Positions 30,661 to 42,335 are shown, counted from the stretch's first letter. The stretch is DNA of 64,000 bases from Dehalococcoidia bacterium (GCA_050011565.1 JBEKIW010000003.1:160001-224000); one strand, 5' to 3'. Notes: generated by a model not told the origin, from the letters alone. Numbers and translations are program-made.

Positions 30661-31359
30661 ATGAGTAGCAGTATGAAATTCGGCATAATCATTTTTCCCG
30701 GCACCTGGAGCGATAGAGACTGTTATTACTCCCTGAAGGATATACTGAAACAGAAAGTCGACTATATCTGGCACAAGGAGACGGACCTTTCCGGATATGA
30801 CTGTGTCATTCTGCCCGGCGGTTTTTCCTACGGAGATTACCTGCGGCCGGGAGCTATAGCCAGGTTTTCGCCGGTGATGGCATCGCTGGAACGCTTCGCT
30901 TCTCAGGGCAAGCTGGTCACCGGCATCTGCAACGGATTTCAGATTTTGTGCGAATCCGGCCTCCTGCCGGGGGTATTGCTGCGCAATATCCACCTGGAAT
31001 ATCGCTGCCAGTGGACGCATCTTAAAGTAGAAAATACATCGACCGCTTTCACCTCACAGTGTCAAAACGGGCAGGCCTTGAAAATACCTATATCTCATTA
31101 CGAGGGTAGATATTATGCCGACGATACCACACTGGCTGAACTGGAGGCTGATAAACGCGTCGTCTTCCGCTACTCGACTCCAACGGGTCAGGTAACTGAA
31201 TCAGCAAACCCTAACGGCTCGTTGCGTAATATCGCCGGTATTATCAACAAGAGGGGCAATGTATTAGGCATGATGCCGCATCCCGAACGCGCCTGTGAGC
31301 CGCTATTGGGCAGCATTGATGGCAACATAATCTGGGAGTCAATAATTGCCGGTATCTAA
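30661..31359 (+). CDS. purQ: FGAM synthase glutaminase subunit (start may be 30673)
   Basis: [31 protein letters not shown]. Confidence 0.96.
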   Translation: MSSSMKFGIIIFPGTWSDRDCYYSLKDILKQKVDYIWHKETDLSGYDCVILPGGFSYGDYLRPGAIARFSPVMASLERFASQGKLVTGICNGFQILCESGLLPGVLLRNIHLEYRCQWTHLKVENTSTAFTSQCQNGQALKIPISHYEGRYYADDTTLAELEADKRVVFRYSTPTGQVTESANPNGSLRNIAGIINKRGNVLGMMPHPERACEPLLGSIDGNIIWESIIAGI

Positions 31360-33550
31360 AGAAACACTAGATGAAATCGCTCTGAGCCAGAAAGAATATC
31401 AGCTCATAGTGGAACGGCTGGGCAGGGAGCCGACCGAGGTCGAGCTGGGAATGTTCGGTGCGCTGTGGAGCGAGCATTGCGGCTACAAACATTCCAAAGC
31501 TCTGCTCAAACAATTTCCCTCCAAAAGCAAACGGGTACTGGTTAAACCGGGAGAGGAAAATGCCGGAGTCATCGACATCGGCGACGGGCTGGTAATAGTA
31601 ATGAAGATAGAGTCTCACAACCATCCCTCGGCAATCGAACCATATCAGGGAGCGGCCACCGGCGTGGGCGGCATCGTTCGTGATATTTTTACCATGGGAG
31701 CACGGCCGATTGCCCTTATGAATTCGCTGCGGTTCGGTCCCCTGACCGATTCTCATAACAGATACCTTTTTGGTGGTGTTGTCGGCGGCATTGCCGGTTA
31801 CGGCAACTGTCTGGGTATTCCGGATATCGGCGGCGAGATTTACTTCGCCGGCTGCTATTCGGCTAACCCGCTGGTCAACGCCCTGTGCCTGGGCATTGCC
31901 GAAGCTAAACACCTGGTCATGGCCAGGGCGTACGGAGAAGGTAATTTGTTAATGCTGGTTGGTGCCGATACCGGACGTGACGGACTTCACGGGGCCTCTG
32001 GCCTGGCTTCGAGGACGTTCGAGGACGAGCGCGAACTCAGGTCTACAGTTCAGGTCGGCAATCCATTTTTAGAGAAACTGCTTATCGAAGCCTGTCTAGA
32101 GCTGGCTCAAACGGATTGGATTGCCGGCATGCAGGATTTAGGCGCTGCCGGTCTAACTAGCTCGGCTGTGGAATCAGCCAGCAGGGGCGGTGGCGGCATT
32201 GAAATCGACGTCCTCAAAATACCCCGTCGTGAAAAAGGTATGACCCCTTACGAGGTAATGCTATCCGAATCACAGGAGAGGATGCTGGTGGTGGTGAAGA
32301 AAGGCTATGAAGGCAAGGTGAAAGCTTTATTCGACCGGTGGGAACTTCGCTCGGATATAATCGGCTTTGTCACCGGCGATAGCTTAACCAGGATTAAAGA
32401 AGGGGTAAAGGTGGTTGCTGAGGTGCCGGTGAATGTGCTGAGCTCATCGCCCGTGTACCGGAAGCGGGTTAAAAAGCCGGAATGGCTGAATAAGCTGCAG
32501 TCCTTCGACGTCAGCTCTATTCCTGATTTGCCGCGAAAGAAAGTAAAAACAGCCCTGCTCCGCTTACTGGCATCGCCCAACATTGCCAGCAAACACTGCG
32601 TCTATCGACAATACGACCACCAGGTAGGTAACAACACTGTGGTCTTTCCCGGCAGCGATGCGGCAGTGCTGCGGATTAAAGGTACCAAAAAGGCCATCTC
32701 ATTAACTACCGATGGCAACGGCCGGTTTTGTTATGTAAACCCATACCTGGGCGGTGTTATTGCGGTGTGTGAAGCGGCTAGAAACCTGGCCTGCAGCGGC
32801 GCTCAGCCACTGGCTATTACCGACTGCCTTAACTTCGGCAATCCGGAGAAAGACGACGTTTACTATCAACTGAAGGAATGCATTGCCGGCATGGCTCGCG
32901 CTTGCCGTGAGCTCAAAATACCGGTTATCAGCGGCAACGTCAGCCTGTACAACGAGACCAGGGGCGAAGCCGTATATCCAACTCCGGTAGTGGGAATGGT
33001 CGGGCTCATCGAGGATGTAGCCAAACATTGCACTTCCGGATTCAAGAATGAAGGTGACCTGGTGTTTTTGCTCGGCGAAGGCAATACAGTTGACGGCTCC
33101 ATCGGCAGCAGCGAATATCTGGAACTGACGCACGGAATGATAAAAGGCAATCCCCATATTGATTTGGAGATGGAGAAACGTCTACAGCGCTGCTGTCTTC
33201 AAGCAATCAGGCGAGGGTTCATAAACTCAGCCCATGATTGCTCCGAAGGAGGATTGGCGGTAACCCTGGCAGAGAGCTGTCTGGCTAACGGCCTTGGCTT
33301 CATTAGTTCTGAATGGGATATTGAAGGCCGACTGGACGCAGCTCTTTTCGGCGAGGCGCAATCGAGAATCGTGGTCTCAATAGCACCCAAATCGTCCTGG
33401 AAATTGCAGAAACTCGCTGACCATTATCGTATAGCCGCCACCAAGCTTGGCGTTGTAGGCGGCAAACGATTCATTTTGAAGGGCTACACGGATTTATCTC
33501 TTAAAGAGATCGGGGAGGCATGGTGGGGTGGCCTTGAGAAATTGTTATAA
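31346..33550 (+). CDS. purL: FGAM synthase subunit II
   Basis: [37 protein letters not shown]. Confidence 0.97.
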   Translation: MPVSKETLDEIALSQKEYQLIVERLGREPTEVELGMFGALWSEHCGYKHSKALLKQFPSKSKRVLVKPGEENAGVIDIGDGLVIVMKIESHNHPSAIEPYQGAATGVGGIVRDIFTMGARPIALMNSLRFGPLTDSHNRYLFGGVVGGIAGYGNCLGIPDIGGEIYFAGCYSANPLVNALCLGIAEAKHLVMARAYGEGNLLMLVGADTGRDGLHGASGLASRTFEDERELRSTVQVGNPFLEKLLIEACLELAQTDWIAGMQDLGAAGLTSSAVESASRGGGGIEIDVLKIPRREKGMTPYEVMLSESQERMLVVVKKGYEGKVKALFDRWELRSDIIGFVTGDSLTRIKEGVKVVAEVPVNVLSSSPVYRKRVKKPEWLNKLQSFDVSSIPDLPRKKVKTALLRLLASPNIASKHCVYRQYDHQVGNNTVVFPGSDAAVLRIKGTKKAISLTTDGNGRFCYVNPYLGGVIAVCEAARNLACSGAQPLAITDCLNFGNPEKDDVYYQLKECIAGMARACRELKIPVISGNVSLYNETRGEAVYPTPVVGMVGLIEDVAKHCTSGFKNEGDLVFLLGEGNTVDGSIGSSEYLELTHGMIKGNPHIDLEMEKRLQRCCLQAIRRGFINSAHDCSEGGLAVTLAESCLANGLGFISSEWDIEGRLDAALFGEAQSRIVVSIAPKSSWKLQKLADHYRIAATKLGVVGGKRFILKGYTDLSLKEIGEAWWGGLEKLL

Positions 33551-33569
33551 ATATGAACGGAGGAAATAC

Positions 33570-34853
33570 TTGGCCGAGATTAGTGCTTTCTTAGGTGTTC
33601 GTTACAACCAGGAACTTGTCAAAGATATGGCAGCAGTCATCTGCCCGCCGTACGATGTCATCTCTACAGAAGAACAGAAAGCCTACTATGAGAAAAGCGA
33701 TTACAATGTCATTCGCCTTGAGCACGGTATGGTGCTGCCCAACGATACTAAGACAGACAACAAGCATACGCGAGCCTGCACTACCTTCAATCAATGGCTC
33801 AAAGACCGTGTGCTGCTGACTGACCACGTTGCCTCATTCTACATCCACGAACACTGTTTTACCTATCAAAATATCAGAAAAAGGCGCCTCGGCTTAACGG
33901 CCTGTGTCAGACTCGAGCCCTGGGAGAAAAAGACCATATTTCCCCACGAAAATACGGTACCGGGGATTAAAAGCGACCGCCTGGAACTGATGCGAGCCTG
34001 TCCTGTCAACTTCAGTCCGCTACTCGGCCTCTACGAAGACATGGGCCAGAAAGTTACCAAGCTCCTGACGATACAGGCCAGTCGTAAGCCGGCGATTGAC
34101 TTTGCCGAAGCCGGGGAAACGCACAAACTCTGGGTAGCTAACGAACCTGAATTCGTCCAGAGAGTAAGTCATTTCCTGGCTTCGAAGCCCATTTATATCG
34201 CCGATGGCCATCACCGCTATGAAACAGCACTGGCTTATCGGGATGAAAGACGGCAAGAAACCAGGCACATTAAAGGTAACGAAGCCTTTAACTTTGTCAT
34301 GATAACATTAGTCTCCTTCTCTGACCCCGGTCTTGTAGTGCTGCCCGTGCACCGATTGATACGCAATTTATCCACCGATGCCCTGGATAAATTCAGAAGC
34401 GTCATGGAAACTTACTTCGAGCTGATATCCGCTCCGTTGGGTGAAGGTGGCTTACCCGAGATAGCAGGAGCCACTACCAGGGTTATGGGGCTGGAGCCGG
34501 GCAAAATAGTAGCTCTGAAACTCCGGCAGCCCTTAGCGTTAAAAGAAATAATGCCGGAAGGTCATTCCGAAGCCTACAAGAGACTGGACATTAGTATTGT
34601 CCAGCACCTTGTCATAGACAGGCTGAAGGCGCTCGATAAAAGCTGCAGCATCGCCTATACACCAAATGCGATAGAAGCTCGCCGACTTATAGAACGCGGT
34701 GAATATCAACTGGCTTTTCTACTGAATTCGATACCCGTGTCGACGATTAAAACGATCGCTAATTCAAACGATAGAATGCCCGGGAAGTCAACCTATTTCT
34801 ATCCCAAATTGCCCACCGGTCTGGTCATCAACCGCCTTGAGGGAACACTGTAA
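33570..34853 (+). CDS. DUF1015 family protein
   Basis: PPYDVIS, FPHENT, IADGHHRYETA, MPGKSTYFYPK; TTG start after GGAGG. Confidence 0.9.
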   Translation: MAEISAFLGVRYNQELVKDMAAVICPPYDVISTEEQKAYYEKSDYNVIRLEHGMVLPNDTKTDNKHTRACTTFNQWLKDRVLLTDHVASFYIHEHCFTYQNIRKRRLGLTACVRLEPWEKKTIFPHENTVPGIKSDRLELMRACPVNFSPLLGLYEDMGQKVTKLLTIQASRKPAIDFAEAGETHKLWVANEPEFVQRVSHFLASKPIYIADGHHRYETALAYRDERRQETRHIKGNEAFNFVMITLVSFSDPGLVVLPVHRLIRNLSTDALDKFRSVMETYFELISAPLGEGGLPEIAGATTRVMGLEPGKIVALKLRQPLALKEIMPEGHSEAYKRLDISIVQHLVIDRLKALDKSCSIAYTPNAIEARRLIERGEYQLAFLLNSIPVSTIKTIANSNDRMPGKSTYFYPKLPTGLVINRLEGTL

Positions 34854-35531
34854 GTCAAGCTGGATGCCTTTCAGAGATTCTGTGCCAGCTCATTAAGCAT
34901 AAGCCTGTACAAAATGGACTTTTGTACAAGTCGACAAAATGCCCTTTTTAAAAGGCACACCTAGTAATTATAATGTTTATAGGAGCAATACTATATATTG
35001 GGTGATCTGAGTCTACTGGACCGAGCCTTGGATTGCATCGGCTAGCTCTTGAAGAGCTCGCTTGTACTTATCAATAAACCCCGATTTGAAGGCATACTTA
35101 TGTGTCTCTCTAATAAGTAACCTCACCTCTGTCTGCGATTCATTTATTCGTTCGAGATGAATTTCCGCTTTCTTCGGTAGGGTTTCCCTGGATACCCAAA
35201 ACTCTCCTAGAAATCTCGATTTAAGAAGTGAGCCAAAATTGTATTCTATGTAAACTCCACCGGATTTCATATCTCTTCTTCCCTTGAGGAATTCTAGCGT
35301 TTTTGCGAGAGCTGACCTAGCTTCGTCAAGGCTCATATTAACTCTCCATCTTCTCTCAACTGGCTCTATTCCACTCACTTACATCCCCCCTTTCAAGTTA
35401 AGCTTATATGGTTCAAGTCCTAGAGCAATAACATCAGAGACAGTAACACTACTTTCGAATAAGATTGAACACAAAACGCCCTATTGTGTGATGGCAACCT
35501 GGTGATTAACCGCCTTGAGGGAACACTGTGA
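34821..35531. mobile_element. Small cassette bounded by a 33-bp direct repeat of the DUF1015 3' end
   Basis: 34821-34853 vs 35499-35531 match at 30/33; both encode LVINRLEGTL*. Confidence 0.6.
35013..35378 (-). CDS. Hypothetical protein (121 aa) inside the cassette
   Basis: ORF with a purine-rich RBS; AT-richer than its flanks. Confidence 0.6.
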   Translation of the reverse strand: MSGIEPVERRWRVNMSLDEARSALAKTLEFLKGRRDMKSGGVYIEYNFGSLLKSRFLGEFWVSRETLPKKAEIHLERINESQTEVRLLIRETHKYAFKSGFIDKYKRALQELADAIQGSVQ

Positions 35532-35546
35532 CTGGGCTGTGCCTTA

Positions 35547-37208
35547 TCACAAGGCATTTACTTTACCGGTACTGTATGAGGCGTAGTTGTCCCGCCCCTG
35601 TTCTTTAACCCAGTACATCGCGATGTCGGCATTCCTCAGCAGCGTGTCCGAATCTTCGCCATCCTCGGGGTAAATAGCAATGCCGACGCTGTTAGTAATA
35701 CGAACTTTAAAACTATTAATCATAAAGGGCTTTCGAAAGGCTTCCAGGATCTTTCGGGCAACCCTTACGGAATCTTCAACCCTGGCGATTTTTGGCAGCA
35801 AAACTAAAAACTCATCCCCGCCGACGCGAGCCACCGTATCGCTCTTACGCACCAGAGCCACCAGCTGCTCTCCAGCAGCCCTTAATACCTTATCGCCCAA
35901 ACTGTGGCCAAAAGTGTCGTTAACTACTTTAAACCGGTCTAAGTCCAGCATCATTACGGCCAACTTAGTTCTATTGCGTCTCGCCCCAGCCAGCGCCACA
36001 TTTAGTCGGTCCTGTAGCAGCATCCTGTTAGGTAATCCGGTTAAGAAATCATGGGTAGCTATATCATTAAGTTCCCGCTCCAGCCGCATACGTTCGGTAA
36101 CATCACGGGCGATGCCGCGAAAAGCGATAACTTTTCCGGCCTCGTCCTTTATGGCAGAAACCGACAATTCATTAAATCCCACGGTGCCATTTCTATCTAC
36201 AAACTTATAGGATAGACCTTTCATGGTTTCACCCGTGCGAAAAACCCGGTTGAAATCTCGGTACACAACCTCAGCATCTTCTTTCGCCGTAAAAACTTGA
36301 TAGTTCATGCCCATGAGTTCTTCTTTAGAATAACCCATGGTCCGGCACATGGCATCATTGACAAAGATGAAATTACCAGCCAGGTCTGTTTCAAAGTAAT
36401 TATCCTGAATTTCCTCGAGGATAGTCCGGTATCTCTGCTCAGATTCTTTTACAGCCTCCTCAAGCTTTTTACGCTCAGTAATATCGAAGACAATGGCCAT
36501 ACCTGCAGTCAAGGTATTTTTATGAAAAATGGGTGACACGGAAGGGTATATCCAGACAGTATGCCCGTCTTTGTGGATTGCCCTGAACTCCAATTGATAC
36601 TCTACCCCAGGATGCCCAAGACCTTCTGCGAATCTCTCCAGCACGCTTGCTTTGTCATCAGGATGAAGAAAGTCAGTAAAAGGTTTTCCCGTCAGTTCCT
36701 CCTGGGAGTAGCCAAGTATCTTACAAAATGACTCGTTCACAAAGGTTATGTTTCCGTTCAAGTCTCCCGTGAGAACGCCTGCCCCGCCAGTCTCAACAAT
36801 GCTTTGATATCTGGCTTGGCTCTCCGCCAATGCCTCTTCTGCCTGCTTGAGTTCGGTTACATCCAGGAAACTTCCCACTGTGGCCCGTTTTCCCTTGTAT
36901 TCTGTTGAGGTGACTTTTTCCAGGACCCATATTATTTCGCCATTCTTCTTAACGAACCGGTACTCGTAAGGTAAAGAGCTGCCAACCTTCAGGCTGTCTA
37001 TTGCCTTTTTTCTGACTGTTTCTCTGTCTTCAGGATGGACGAGGTCGAGAGAATATTTGCCCAATAACTCCGGCTCCGAATAGCCTGTCAGTTCCAGAAA
37101 CAGGGGATTAACATACCTAAATTTTCCATTCTGAACAATGTAAACTCCTGTCCCGGCGCAGCGCAGTAACGCTTGAGCCAGTTCCGCCGACTCATCGAAT
37201 TTAGCCAT
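35547..37208 (-). CDS. Diguanylate cyclase with three PAS/PAC domains
   Basis: HPEDR/HPDDK PAS motifs, HDFLTGLPNR, DLDRFK.VND, RVGGDEF, RxxD I-site (RKSD). Confidence 0.93.
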   Translation of the reverse strand: MAKFDESAELAQALLRCAGTGVYIVQNGKFRYVNPLFLELTGYSEPELLGKYSLDLVHPEDRETVRKKAIDSLKVGSSLPYEYRFVKKNGEIIWVLEKVTSTEYKGKRATVGSFLDVTELKQAEEALAESQARYQSIVETGGAGVLTGDLNGNITFVNESFCKILGYSQEELTGKPFTDFLHPDDKASVLERFAEGLGHPGVEYQLEFRAIHKDGHTVWIYPSVSPIFHKNTLTAGMAIVFDITERKKLEEAVKESEQRYRTILEEIQDNYFETDLAGNFIFVNDAMCRTMGYSKEELMGMNYQVFTAKEDAEVVYRDFNRVFRTGETMKGLSYKFVDRNGTVGFNELSVSAIKDEAGKVIAFRGIARDVTERMRLERELNDIATHDFLTGLPNRMLLQDRLNVALAGARRNRTKLAVMMLDLDRFKVVNDTFGHSLGDKVLRAAGEQLVALVRKSDTVARVGGDEFLVLLPKIARVEDSVRVARKILEAFRKPFMINSFKVRITNSVGIAIYPEDGEDSDTLLRNADIAMYWVKEQGRDNYASYSTGKVNAL

Positions 37209-37429
37209 AATTGCTTTTTATCCTTAGGATTACGACAACAAATCTTTTCTTCAACGTGCCGCTAAATCAGCCTGACTTTACATATAATTTCCTAAGGCTT
37301 CGATAAATAGATACATAATTATATATATTCGTATGGAAAAAGGATAGACCGATAAATCAAGACCCCTAAGGTCTTTACGCGGTTATTCACCACAAAAAAA
37401 CCCTTAACCAAAACAGTTGTGACCTGCGT

Positions 37430-39004
37430 CTAAATCTTGACCACTTTGGCGGTATGAACATCCTCAAGGTCGAGGATTTTCTGTATCTGTTTATCAGGCA
37501 GCGGCTCATCCAGGGCCAAAATCATAAGCGCCTGCCCTCTGAGTTTAAGACGGGCAAGCTGCATGGAACTGATATTGATATCCGCCTTGCCAGTGATAGA
37601 ACCCACGGCACCGATAAGCCCGGGCCGGTCACGATGGTCACTGAACAGAAAATAACCTCCGGTGGGAACGATATCCAGCCAGAAATCGTTCACGCGGACT
37701 ATATGAGTTTCTCCACGTAAAACAGTACCAGCGACTGTGGTCATGCCGGCATCAGTTACAGCTTCCAAGGTAATCATACTGGCGTAGTTCTCACATGTGG
37801 CCTCTTTCTGTTCCATAATCTTTATGCCCCGCTGAGCAGCAATGACTGCGGCATTTATTAAATTTATTCTTTCCTCGCTTATACCTTCCAGTAAACCTCC
37901 GATAACCGATGCCTTTATCGCCGCAGTGTCATAGCCGGCAATCTCACCGTTGTATTTGATACGGAGGCTATTTATTTGTCCTTCCATCAACTGACGGGCT
38001 AAACTGCCAAGCGTTGATGCCACCTGCATAAAGGGAGCTAAAACAGACAACAACTCAGCTGGAATCTGCGGGGCATTCACAGCGTACTTGGCGGGCTGAC
38101 CTTTTAATACAGCAATTACCTGCTCGGCGACCTCGAGAGCAACGCTAGCCTGCGCTTCCTTAGTAGAGGCTCCCAGATGTGGAGTAACGATAATCTTGTC
38201 ATTCTGGAAAAGTACGCTATCGGTCACCGGCTCTTTAACAAAGACGTCAACAGCAGCGCCAGCCACTTTTCCTGCCTCCACGGCTTTGAGCAGAGCTTCT
38301 TCATCGATAAGTCCGCCGCGGGCACAGTTGATGATACGCACCGTTGGTTTCATCTTGCTCAGTTCTTTGGCGCCAATCAACATCTTGGTTTGGGAAGTCA
38401 AAGGCAGATGAAGAGTAATGAAGTCAGATTCCTTGAGCAATTGCTCCAAGGTGACCAGTTCCACAGCCAGGTTACGGGCATAATCACTGGTGACAAAAGG
38501 GTCATAGCCGATAAGCCGCATATTAAAAGCCTGAGCCCGCCTGGCAACCTCGGAACCCACATTGCCCAGGCCGATGATACCTAAAGTTTTGCCTCTGAGT
38601 TCAACGCCCATATAGTCGCTGCGTTGCCAGAGACCTGATTTGAGCTTGGCATTAGCCTGAGCGATATGCCGGGCCAGAGCCAACATCATGGCCACCGTAT
38701 GTTCGGCAGCAGCGATGGTATTGCCGGTGGGCGCGTTGACCACCACCACACCCTGCCGGGTAGCTGCCTCGACATCAATATTGTCCAGACCGACACCAGC
38801 CCGCGCGATAACCTGAAGTTTTGTGCCGGCCTGAATAATATCGGCAGTAGCCTTGGTCTCACTGCGAACCACCAGGGCTTCATAATCGCCTATAACTTTC
38901 TTAAGCTCGTCAGGCTTAAGGCCGAGTTTGACATCAACCTGAGCCTGAGCTTTCAAAGCTTCTATGCCTTCTTTAGCTACCGGGTCGGCAACAAGTATTT
39001 TCAT
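37430..39004 (-). CDS. serA: D-3-phosphoglycerate dehydrogenase (ASB + ACT domains)
   Basis: RAGVGLDNID, NCARGG, TPHLGAST, DRPGLIG. Confidence 0.96.
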   Translation of the reverse strand: MKILVADPVAKEGIEALKAQAQVDVKLGLKPDELKKVIGDYEALVVRSETKATADIIQAGTKLQVIARAGVGLDNIDVEAATRQGVVVVNAPTGNTIAAAEHTVAMMLALARHIAQANAKLKSGLWQRSDYMGVELRGKTLGIIGLGNVGSEVARRAQAFNMRLIGYDPFVTSDYARNLAVELVTLEQLLKESDFITLHLPLTSQTKMLIGAKELSKMKPTVRIINCARGGLIDEEALLKAVEAGKVAGAAVDVFVKEPVTDSVLFQNDKIIVTPHLGASTKEAQASVALEVAEQVIAVLKGQPAKYAVNAPQIPAELLSVLAPFMQVASTLGSLARQLMEGQINSLRIKYNGEIAGYDTAAIKASVIGGLLEGISEERINLINAAVIAAQRGIKIMEQKEATCENYASMITLEAVTDAGMTTVAGTVLRGETHIVRVNDFWLDIVPTGGYFLFSDHRDRPGLIGAVGSITGKADINISSMQLARLKLRGQALMILALDEPLPDKQIQKILDLEDVHTAKVVKI

Positions 39005-39051
39005 AGCGTACTTCCTCGGACAGACCTAAAGGCATGCCCTAAATTTTTGAG

Positions 39052-40134
39052 TTACACGCTTGCCTTTGGCAAAGCTTTACCTATAGCACCCAGGGTTTCT
39101 TTGATGTCCGCTTCAGTAACCCAGCCCAGGTGTCCGATGCGGAAAATCTTCCCTGTCAGGTCGCCCTGACCCCCGGATACTACCACCTTATATTCGTCTC
39201 TAAGTATTTGTTGCAGCTTAGATACATTTATCTTATCCGAAGCATTAACTGCCGTTACAGTATTAGAGGCGTACTTCTCGTCGGCAGGAAACAGGGACAA
39301 CCCCAGAGATTTCACTCCCTTTCGGGTCATATCGCCCAGTTTAGCATGCCGAGCAAAGATATTGGTTAATCCTTCTTTCAGCATCATGTCCAGCGAAACA
39401 TCCAGGGCAAAGAAGACCGAAATACAAGGTGTCCACGGTGTCTGTGCCTTCTCCAGGTAGCTCTTGGCTTTGGTGAAATCCCAATAATAACGAGGTATCT
39501 TGGCTTGAGCATGGGCCTTCCAGGCCTTTTCGCTCACGCTAACCATAGCCAGGCCGGGCGGCACCATCCAGCCTTTTTGAGAGCCGGTAACTACAACATC
39601 GCACTTCCAGGCATCGGTTTTCAGGTCGATGCAGCCAAGGCCGCTTATGGCATCGACCAGAATAAGCTTGTCAAACTCATTGATAACAGCGCTGATTGCC
39701 TGCAAATCGCTGGTCACGCCTGTGGAAGTTTCATTCTGAGTCACCAGGACTGCCTTTATTTTGGAGTCGGCCTTTAAAGCCTTACGCACAGCATCCGGGT
39801 CAACCGGCTTACCCCAATCAAACTTGAGCCGTGTTACCTCAGCGCCGTAGCACTCAGCGATATCGGCAAAGCGGTTTCCGAAGACACCGTTGGCAGCTGA
39901 TAACACCTTGTCACCGGGCGACAGCATATTAACTACAGCAGCTTCCATGCTTCCGGTACCCGAACCGGTCAGGATGTAAAGGTCGTTTTTGGTTTGAAAC
40001 AGTTCCTTCAGTTTTACTGTAATACGGTTGATCATCTCACCGAACTCTTTGCCGCGGTGATTGATCATCTGTCTGCTCATGGCTTTCAAAATCTCGGGCG
40101 GACAAGGGGTGGGGCCTGGTATTCGCAATTGCAT
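39052..40134 (-). CDS. Class V PLP aminotransferase (probable phosphoserine/serine aminotransferase)
   Basis: IPGPTP, NETSTG, GSQKG..PPG, FRIGHLG; directly upstream of serA. Confidence 0.88.
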   Translation of the reverse strand: MQLRIPGPTPCPPEILKAMSRQMINHRGKEFGEMINRITVKLKELFQTKNDLYILTGSGTGSMEAAVVNMLSPGDKVLSAANGVFGNRFADIAECYGAEVTRLKFDWGKPVDPDAVRKALKADSKIKAVLVTQNETSTGVTSDLQAISAVINEFDKLILVDAISGLGCIDLKTDAWKCDVVVTGSQKGWMVPPGLAMVSVSEKAWKAHAQAKIPRYYWDFTKAKSYLEKAQTPWTPCISVFFALDVSLDMMLKEGLTNIFARHAKLGDMTRKGVKSLGLSLFPADEKYASNTVTAVNASDKINVSKLQQILRDEYKVVVSGGQGDLTGKIFRIGHLGWVTEADIKETLGAIGKALPKASV

Positions 40135-40153
40135 GTCATACCTCCATTTTATT

Positions 40154-41365
40154 CTAATTATTGCCGGCAATCTGGGCGAAGCGCCGCTTGCCCACTTTTA
40201 TTATGCTACCCTTTTTGATTTGTGTTATTTCTAAATCTTCGGTAACCGTTTTTCCGTCAATCTCTATAGCGCCCTGAGCCAGCAGTCTCCTCGCTTCGGA
40301 ACGACTTTTAGTCAGGCCGGCTTCGGTTAATTCAGCCGTCAACGTGCTTTTGTTCCCAGCGGAAGTTTTTAAGGGCACTAACTCCTCCGGCATTTCCCCC
40401 CTTTGAAATACCTTGGTAAAATGCTCTTCCGCTTCACTTGCAGCCGGAGCACCGTGAAATTGAGTAACAATCTCCTGCGCTAATCTTTTTTTGATGACCA
40501 TCGGGTTAATCGACTGATTAGCCATTTGCTCCTTGAAATCGGCAATCTCCTTATCGGGCACGTCGGTCACTAACTCAAGATAATCGATAATCAGGCTATC
40601 AGGGATTGACATGACCTTACCGTAAATTTCGTTTGGTGGCTCGTCGATGCCTATATAATTACCCAAACTCTTGCTCATTTTCTGGCTGCCGTCAGTGCCG
40701 ATAAGCAGAGGCACCAGAAAAACCTGCTGAGGTCGCTGCCCCCTCATTTGCTGCAGTTCCCTGCCGACAAGGCAATTAAATTTCTGGTCGGTGCCGCCGA
40801 ATTCAACGTCGGCCTCAATGGCTACCGAATCGTAGGCCTGCAGTAATGGATACAACAGCTCCGTGATAGCTATAGGACGCCCCGTGCTATACCGCTTGGC
40901 GAAGTCTTCCCTGGCCAGGAATTGGGCCACGGTAAATTTGCTGGTGAGCTTTATCACGTCCTCGAGGCCAAATTTACCGAACCATTCGCTTTGCCATCTC
41001 ACTTCGGTCTTATCCTTATCAACCACCTTGAAGAATTGGTCCATATAAGTCTGAGCATTAGCCTGCACTTCTTCCGCGGATAACATGGAGCGGGTGGCCG
41101 ATACACCGCTGGGGTCTCCAATCTGTGCCGTCCAGTCACCGACGATAAGTACAACGCGATGACCTAGCTTTTGAAACTGACTCAATTTTCTTAAGCCAAC
41201 CACATGTCCCAGATGTATATCCGGGCAACTGGGGTCGAAACCCTGTTTCAATCTGAGTGGTTTGCCCGATTCCAGTAACTTCAACAGCTCAGATTCAACG
41301 ATAACCTCGGCCACACCTCGCTTTAACAGCCATTTTAGGTCGTGAGCAGTCATGTTCTTAATCAA
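40154..41365 (-). CDS. tyrS: Tyrosine-tRNA ligase
   Basis: GFDP..DIHLGH, YPLLQAYD, GGTDQ, KMSKS, S4 domain. Confidence 0.97.
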   Translation of the reverse strand: MIKNMTAHDLKWLLKRGVAEVIVESELLKLLESGKPLRLKQGFDPSCPDIHLGHVVGLRKLSQFQKLGHRVVLIVGDWTAQIGDPSGVSATRSMLSAEEVQANAQTYMDQFFKVVDKDKTEVRWQSEWFGKFGLEDVIKLTSKFTVAQFLAREDFAKRYSTGRPIAITELLYPLLQAYDSVAIEADVEFGGTDQKFNCLVGRELQQMRGQRPQQVFLVPLLIGTDGSQKMSKSLGNYIGIDEPPNEIYGKVMSIPDSLIIDYLELVTDVPDKEIADFKEQMANQSINPMVIKKRLAQEIVTQFHGAPAASEAEEHFTKVFQRGEMPEELVPLKTSAGNKSTLTAELTEAGLTKSRSEARRLLAQGAIEIDGKTVTEDLEITQIKKGSIIKVGKRRFAQIAGNN

Positions 41366-42303
41366 ACCCTCTCCTGTTTCACCTGTTCGTTTAAAATTTG
41401 TCTTGCCTGCTCCACGTCTCTTATCATCTGAGCCTTCAGTTCTTCAACGGTATCGAAACGTTCCTCGTCTCTTAGCTTATCCACCAGTTCAATTGTGAGC
41501 TTCTGCCCGAGCAAATCACCTTCGAAGTCCAATATGTGGGTTTCCACCAGGCGTTTACTGCCACCAAAGGTGGGACGAACGCCAATATTAGTTACCGAAG
41601 GCAGAGAGTCGTCGTCGGTGTGAGTGATAGTAGCATAAACTCCATCGCCGGGCAATGCCTGTTCCGGCTTCAAATCCAGGTTGGCCGTAGGAAATCCGAG
41701 ATTTCTGCCACGCCTGTCGCCGCTGACCACCTGCCCGCTAAGGCTGAAGAGCCGCCCGATTAACTTCTCCACCTTCTTCATATCTCCCTCGACCAAAGCC
41801 TGACGGATGGTACTGCTGCTTACCACATAGCCATCGATTACTACCGTCGGTATGACTTCAACACTAAAGCCCATTTCCTCCCCCAAAATCCGGAGCTTTT
41901 CATAATCCCCTTCCCTGTTTCTGCCCAGGGCAAAATCAGGACCTATTATCAAGCCGCGCATTTTCAGGTGCTGTTTAAGTAGTTGAACAAATCTCCGAGC
42001 CGTGAGCCGGGACAGTTCAGAACTGAAAGGCAGCGCCACAACGATATCTATGCCTAAATTTCGGAGTAGGCTAATTCTCGTCTCCAAATCATTTAACCAG
42101 AGTAGTTTGTTTTCCCCGGCCAGCACCACCTCCGGATGAGATTTAAAGGTGACCACACCGCTTAGCCAGTTCTTACTCCGAGCTTCATCCCGTAAATGAG
42201 TCAGCAGCTGTTGATGTCCAAGATGAACGCCGTCGAAAACACCGATGCTAAGCAACATCTCCTGTTGTGGTTTTACTCTGGCTAACTCTTTTTCAACCTG
42301 CAC
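41362..42303 (-). CDS. ribF: Bifunctional riboflavin kinase/FAD synthetase
   Basis: GVFDGVHLGH, GFPTAN, NIGVRPTF. Confidence 0.96.
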   Translation of the reverse strand: MQVEKELARVKPQQEMLLSIGVFDGVHLGHQQLLTHLRDEARSKNWLSGVVTFKSHPEVVLAGENKLLWLNDLETRISLLRNLGIDIVVALPFSSELSRLTARRFVQLLKQHLKMRGLIIGPDFALGRNREGDYEKLRILGEEMGFSVEVIPTVVIDGYVVSSSTIRQALVEGDMKKVEKLIGRLFSLSGQVVSGDRRGRNLGFPTANLDLKPEQALPGDGVYATITHTDDDSLPSVTNIGVRPTFGGSKRLVETHILDFEGDLLGQKLTIELVDKLRDEERFDTVEELKAQMIRDVEQARQILNEQVKQERV

Positions 42304-42335
42304 TACTGACTCTCCAATCGGCGTCGTATTACGGG

